Source: an uncultured Actinomycetota bacterium (GTDB taxonomy: Bacteria; Actinomycetota; Actinomycetes; JAFAQI01). From it: a stretch of 64,000 bases of DNA. The DNA is taken from positions 1-64,000 of the forward strand of contig CAVYQE010000008.1 in NCBI GenBank assembly GCA_963770565.1. The letters are read 5' to 3'. Of this stretch, positions 61,664 to 64,000 are shown piece after piece. A program made the position numbers and the translations under genes. The notes under the pieces were generated by a model. That model was not told where the DNA came from and did not search any database. It saw only the letters and a list, made by a program, of their open reading frames with translations. The stretch's first letter is position 1; each line of letters begins with the position of its first letter.

Positions 61664-62785
61664 ATGAGCGGGCTCGGGTTCGGCATGACCGAGGACCATG
61701 GCGGCTCGGGTGCGCCGAGCAACCGCCGCGGGCTGATCTTCGCGGTCGTCCTGTTCCTGGTCGTCGCGGTGATCGCCGCGGTCGCGCTGGCCTCACCGAT
61801 CAAGCAGCTGTTCGGCAGTGGCAACGGCGACTACTCCGGTGAGGGCACCGGTTCGGTGCTGGTGGAGGTGCACCAAGGTGACACCGCGTCCGCCATCGGC
61901 GCCAGCCTGGCGAAGGCCGGTGTGGTGCGGAGCACCGCGGTGTTCACCAGCGCCGCGGCGCTGAACCCGCGTTCGCGCGACATTCAGCCCGGCACGTACC
62001 GGATGCACGAGCACATGCAGGCATCGCTCGCGTTGGCGCTCATGCTCAACCCGAAGTCGCTGGTCTCATACCGGGTCACGATCCCCGAAGGCTTCACCGC
62101 GGCCGCGATCGTCGCGCGGATCGCCGACAAGACGCCGATCTCCAAAGCGTCGCTGCAGGCTGCGCTGGCAGACCCGGCTTCCCTGCACCTGCCGTCGTAT
62201 GCGGACGGCCCGGCGCCATCGACCGCCACGCCGAATAGCGGGGTCGAGGGCTTCCTGTTCCCGGCCACCTACGAGATCGCGCCCGGTGAGACGGCCACCC
62301 AGGTGCTCTCGGAGATGGTCACCCGGTTCGATCAGGCCGCGGCGCAGGCCAAGTTGGCCGCCGGCGCGAAGAAGCTGGGGTTGTCGCCGTACGCGGTCAT
62401 CACGCTGGCTTCGATCGTGCAGCGCGAGGGCCTGCTGGTTCGGGACTACCCCAAGATCGCCGAGGTGTTCACCAACCGGCTGGCGGCAAGCATGCCGCTG
62501 GGCTCGGACGCGACGCTGTACTACATCCTCGGGCCCAACCACGGCCCGCTGACCAACACCGATCTCGCCAACCCATCGCCGTACAACACCCGGACCAACC
62601 TCGGGCTGCCGCCGTCGCCGATCAACTCGCCGGGGCAGGCCGCGATCGACGCGGTCCTGCACCACCCCAAGGGACCGCTGTTGTACTTCGTCACCATCGA
62701 CAAGGCGGGGCACACCGCGTTCGCGACCACGCTGGCCCGCTTCAACCAGCTGGTCGCGAAGTCGAAGGCGAACGGCGTTTCGTAG
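61664..62785 (+). CDS. mltG: Endolytic transglycosylase
   Basis: TIPEG, EGFLFPATY, ASIVQRE, SPYNT, GLPPSPI. Confidence 0.93.
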   Translation: MSGLGFGMTEDHGGSGAPSNRRGLIFAVVLFLVVAVIAAVALASPIKQLFGSGNGDYSGEGTGSVLVEVHQGDTASAIGASLAKAGVVRSTAVFTSAAALNPRSRDIQPGTYRMHEHMQASLALALMLNPKSLVSYRVTIPEGFTAAAIVARIADKTPISKASLQAALADPASLHLPSYADGPAPSTATPNSGVEGFLFPATYEIAPGETATQVLSEMVTRFDQAAAQAKLAAGAKKLGLSPYAVITLASIVQREGLLVRDYPKIAEVFTNRLAASMPLGSDATLYYILGPNHGPLTNTDLANPSPYNTRTNLGLPPSPINSPGQAAIDAVLHHPKGPLLYFVTIDKAGHTAFATTLARFNQLVAKSKANGVS

Positions 62786-63619
62786 ATGTCCACTCGACGG
62801 GGCGGTGCCGCGCTGGGCTCGCCGATCGGGCACTCGCTCTCACCGGTGCTGCACCGGGCGGCGTACGACGCGCTCGGGCTGGTCGGCTGGTCGTTCCGCA
62901 CGGTCGAGTGCACGGTCGACCGGCTCGGGGAGACCGTGCGGGCCCTCGACGAGGAAGGTCTGGCCGGGGTCGGGCTGACGATGCCGCTCAAGCGGGCCAT
63001 CCTCCCGATGCTGGCCGGTCACGACGAGCGGGTGACGGCCACTGCCGCGGCCAACACGGTCGTGTTCCGGGACGACGGCTGGTACGGCGCCAACACCGAT
63101 GTCCCTGGCATGATCGCGGTGCTCACCGCGATGCAGGTCGTCGGTTCGGCGGGCGCCGAGCCGCCCTGGCTCCTGGGCGCTGGCGCAACGGCGGGCTCGG
63201 CGCTCGCGGCGCTCGGCGACCTGGGCTATGCGAGCGCGGTCGTGGTGGCGCGCCGCCCGGCCGAGACCGGCGACCTGCGCGCGGTGGCGGACCGGGTCGG
63301 GATCGGCATCGAGGTCCGGCCGTGGACCGAGATCGCGGGCGCCGCCTCGGCGGCGCTGCTGGTGGCAGCGACGCCGGCCGGCGCGACCGATGAGCTCGCC
63401 GCCACGCTGCCGGGTGCCGGCGGGCTGCTGTTCGACGTGATCTACACGCCCTGGCCGACCCCGTTGGCCAAGGCCTGGGTCGATCACGGTGGCCGGGCGG
63501 TCGGCGGCCTTGAGCTGCTCATCGAGCAGGCGGTCGAACAGGTCCGGCTGATGACCGGCCGGACCCCGCCGACCGACCGACTGAGGCAGGCCGGGTACGC
63601 CGCAATGGCCGCACGCTGA
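62786..63619 (+). CDS. aroE: Shikimate dehydrogenase
   Basis: GSPIGHSLSP, TMPLK, NTD, GAGAT. Confidence 0.93.
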   Translation: MSTRRGGAALGSPIGHSLSPVLHRAAYDALGLVGWSFRTVECTVDRLGETVRALDEEGLAGVGLTMPLKRAILPMLAGHDERVTATAAANTVVFRDDGWYGANTDVPGMIAVLTAMQVVGSAGAEPPWLLGAGATAGSALAALGDLGYASAVVVARRPAETGDLRAVADRVGIGIEVRPWTEIAGAASAALLVAATPAGATDELAATLPGAGGLLFDVIYTPWPTPLAKAWVDHGGRAVGGLELLIEQAVEQVRLMTGRTPPTDRLRQAGYAAMAAR

Positions 63620-63663
63620 TCGGTTAGCCTCGCGATGACCGCACGATCTCACGAGGAGACAGC

Positions 63664-64000
63664 GTGGCCACACGCGTGGGCATCAATGGATTTGGCCGGA
63701 TCGGCCGCAATTTCTACCGGGCCATCCTCGCCGGTGGGCGTGACATCGACGTGGTGGCGTACAACGACCTCGGCGACCGCGCGACCATCGCGCACCTGCT
63801 GAAGTACGACAGCATCCTCGGCCGGCTCCCCGAGCCGGTCAGCGTTACCGACGACGGCATCTCGGTCGGCGGACACACCATCATCGGCCTGGCCGAACGG
63901 GGCGGTCCGGGCGCGCTGCCGTGGGGCGAGCTCGGGGTCGACATCGTGATCGAGTCGACCGGGCTGTTCACCAAGGCCGAGCAGGCGCGCCAGCACGTCG
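63664..64000 (+). CDS. gap: Type I glyceraldehyde-3-phosphate dehydrogenase, N-terminal part (runs off window)
   Basis: GAGGAG RBS; RVGINGFGRIGR, LLKYDS, VIESTG. Confidence 0.92.
   Translation, partial: MATRVGINGFGRIGRNFYRAILAGGRDIDVVAYNDLGDRATIAHLLKYDSILGRLPEPVSVTDDGISVGGHTIIGLAERGGPGALPWGELGVDIVIESTGLFTKAEQARQHV

Overview
High-GC actinobacterial chromosome segment. An SsgB-like gene and the gene order suggest a Frankiales/Acidothermales-like or other sporulating lineage (inference). About 21.1-64 kb is mostly conserved core: tRNA-Val/Cys/Gly, a hut operon with a class IV aminotransferase, ssgB-like, tRNA-Val(CAC), thrS-HIT, EF-G2, pgsA-patA-pimA, pdxST, yebC, ruvCAB (SOS box), yajC-secDF-apt-rel, two PPIases, hisS-aspS-rarA-alaS-ruvX-mltG-aroE and a partial gap. 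Positions 6150-21193 form a 15-kb island at the tRNA-Val(GAC) 3' end. It has a 43-bp att duplication, arm-like repeats and only an integrase remnant, and carries an arsenic-resistance cluster and a PIN toxin-antitoxin pair. Nested in it is a 7-kb segment bounded by 58-bp inverted repeats, with a TPR-BTAD regulator, a small partner ORF and a secreted protein. That segment is itself hit by an IS1634-family element with a 42-bp target duplication. Other notable signals: an AbiEi/DUF559-type gene between two 48-bp hairpin direct repeats, a DUF222-HNH gene with an unusual upstream region, three phased DosR-like boxes, REP-like palindromes, and three G-run indels that may be sequencing errors. All calls were made by eye; no database searches were run.
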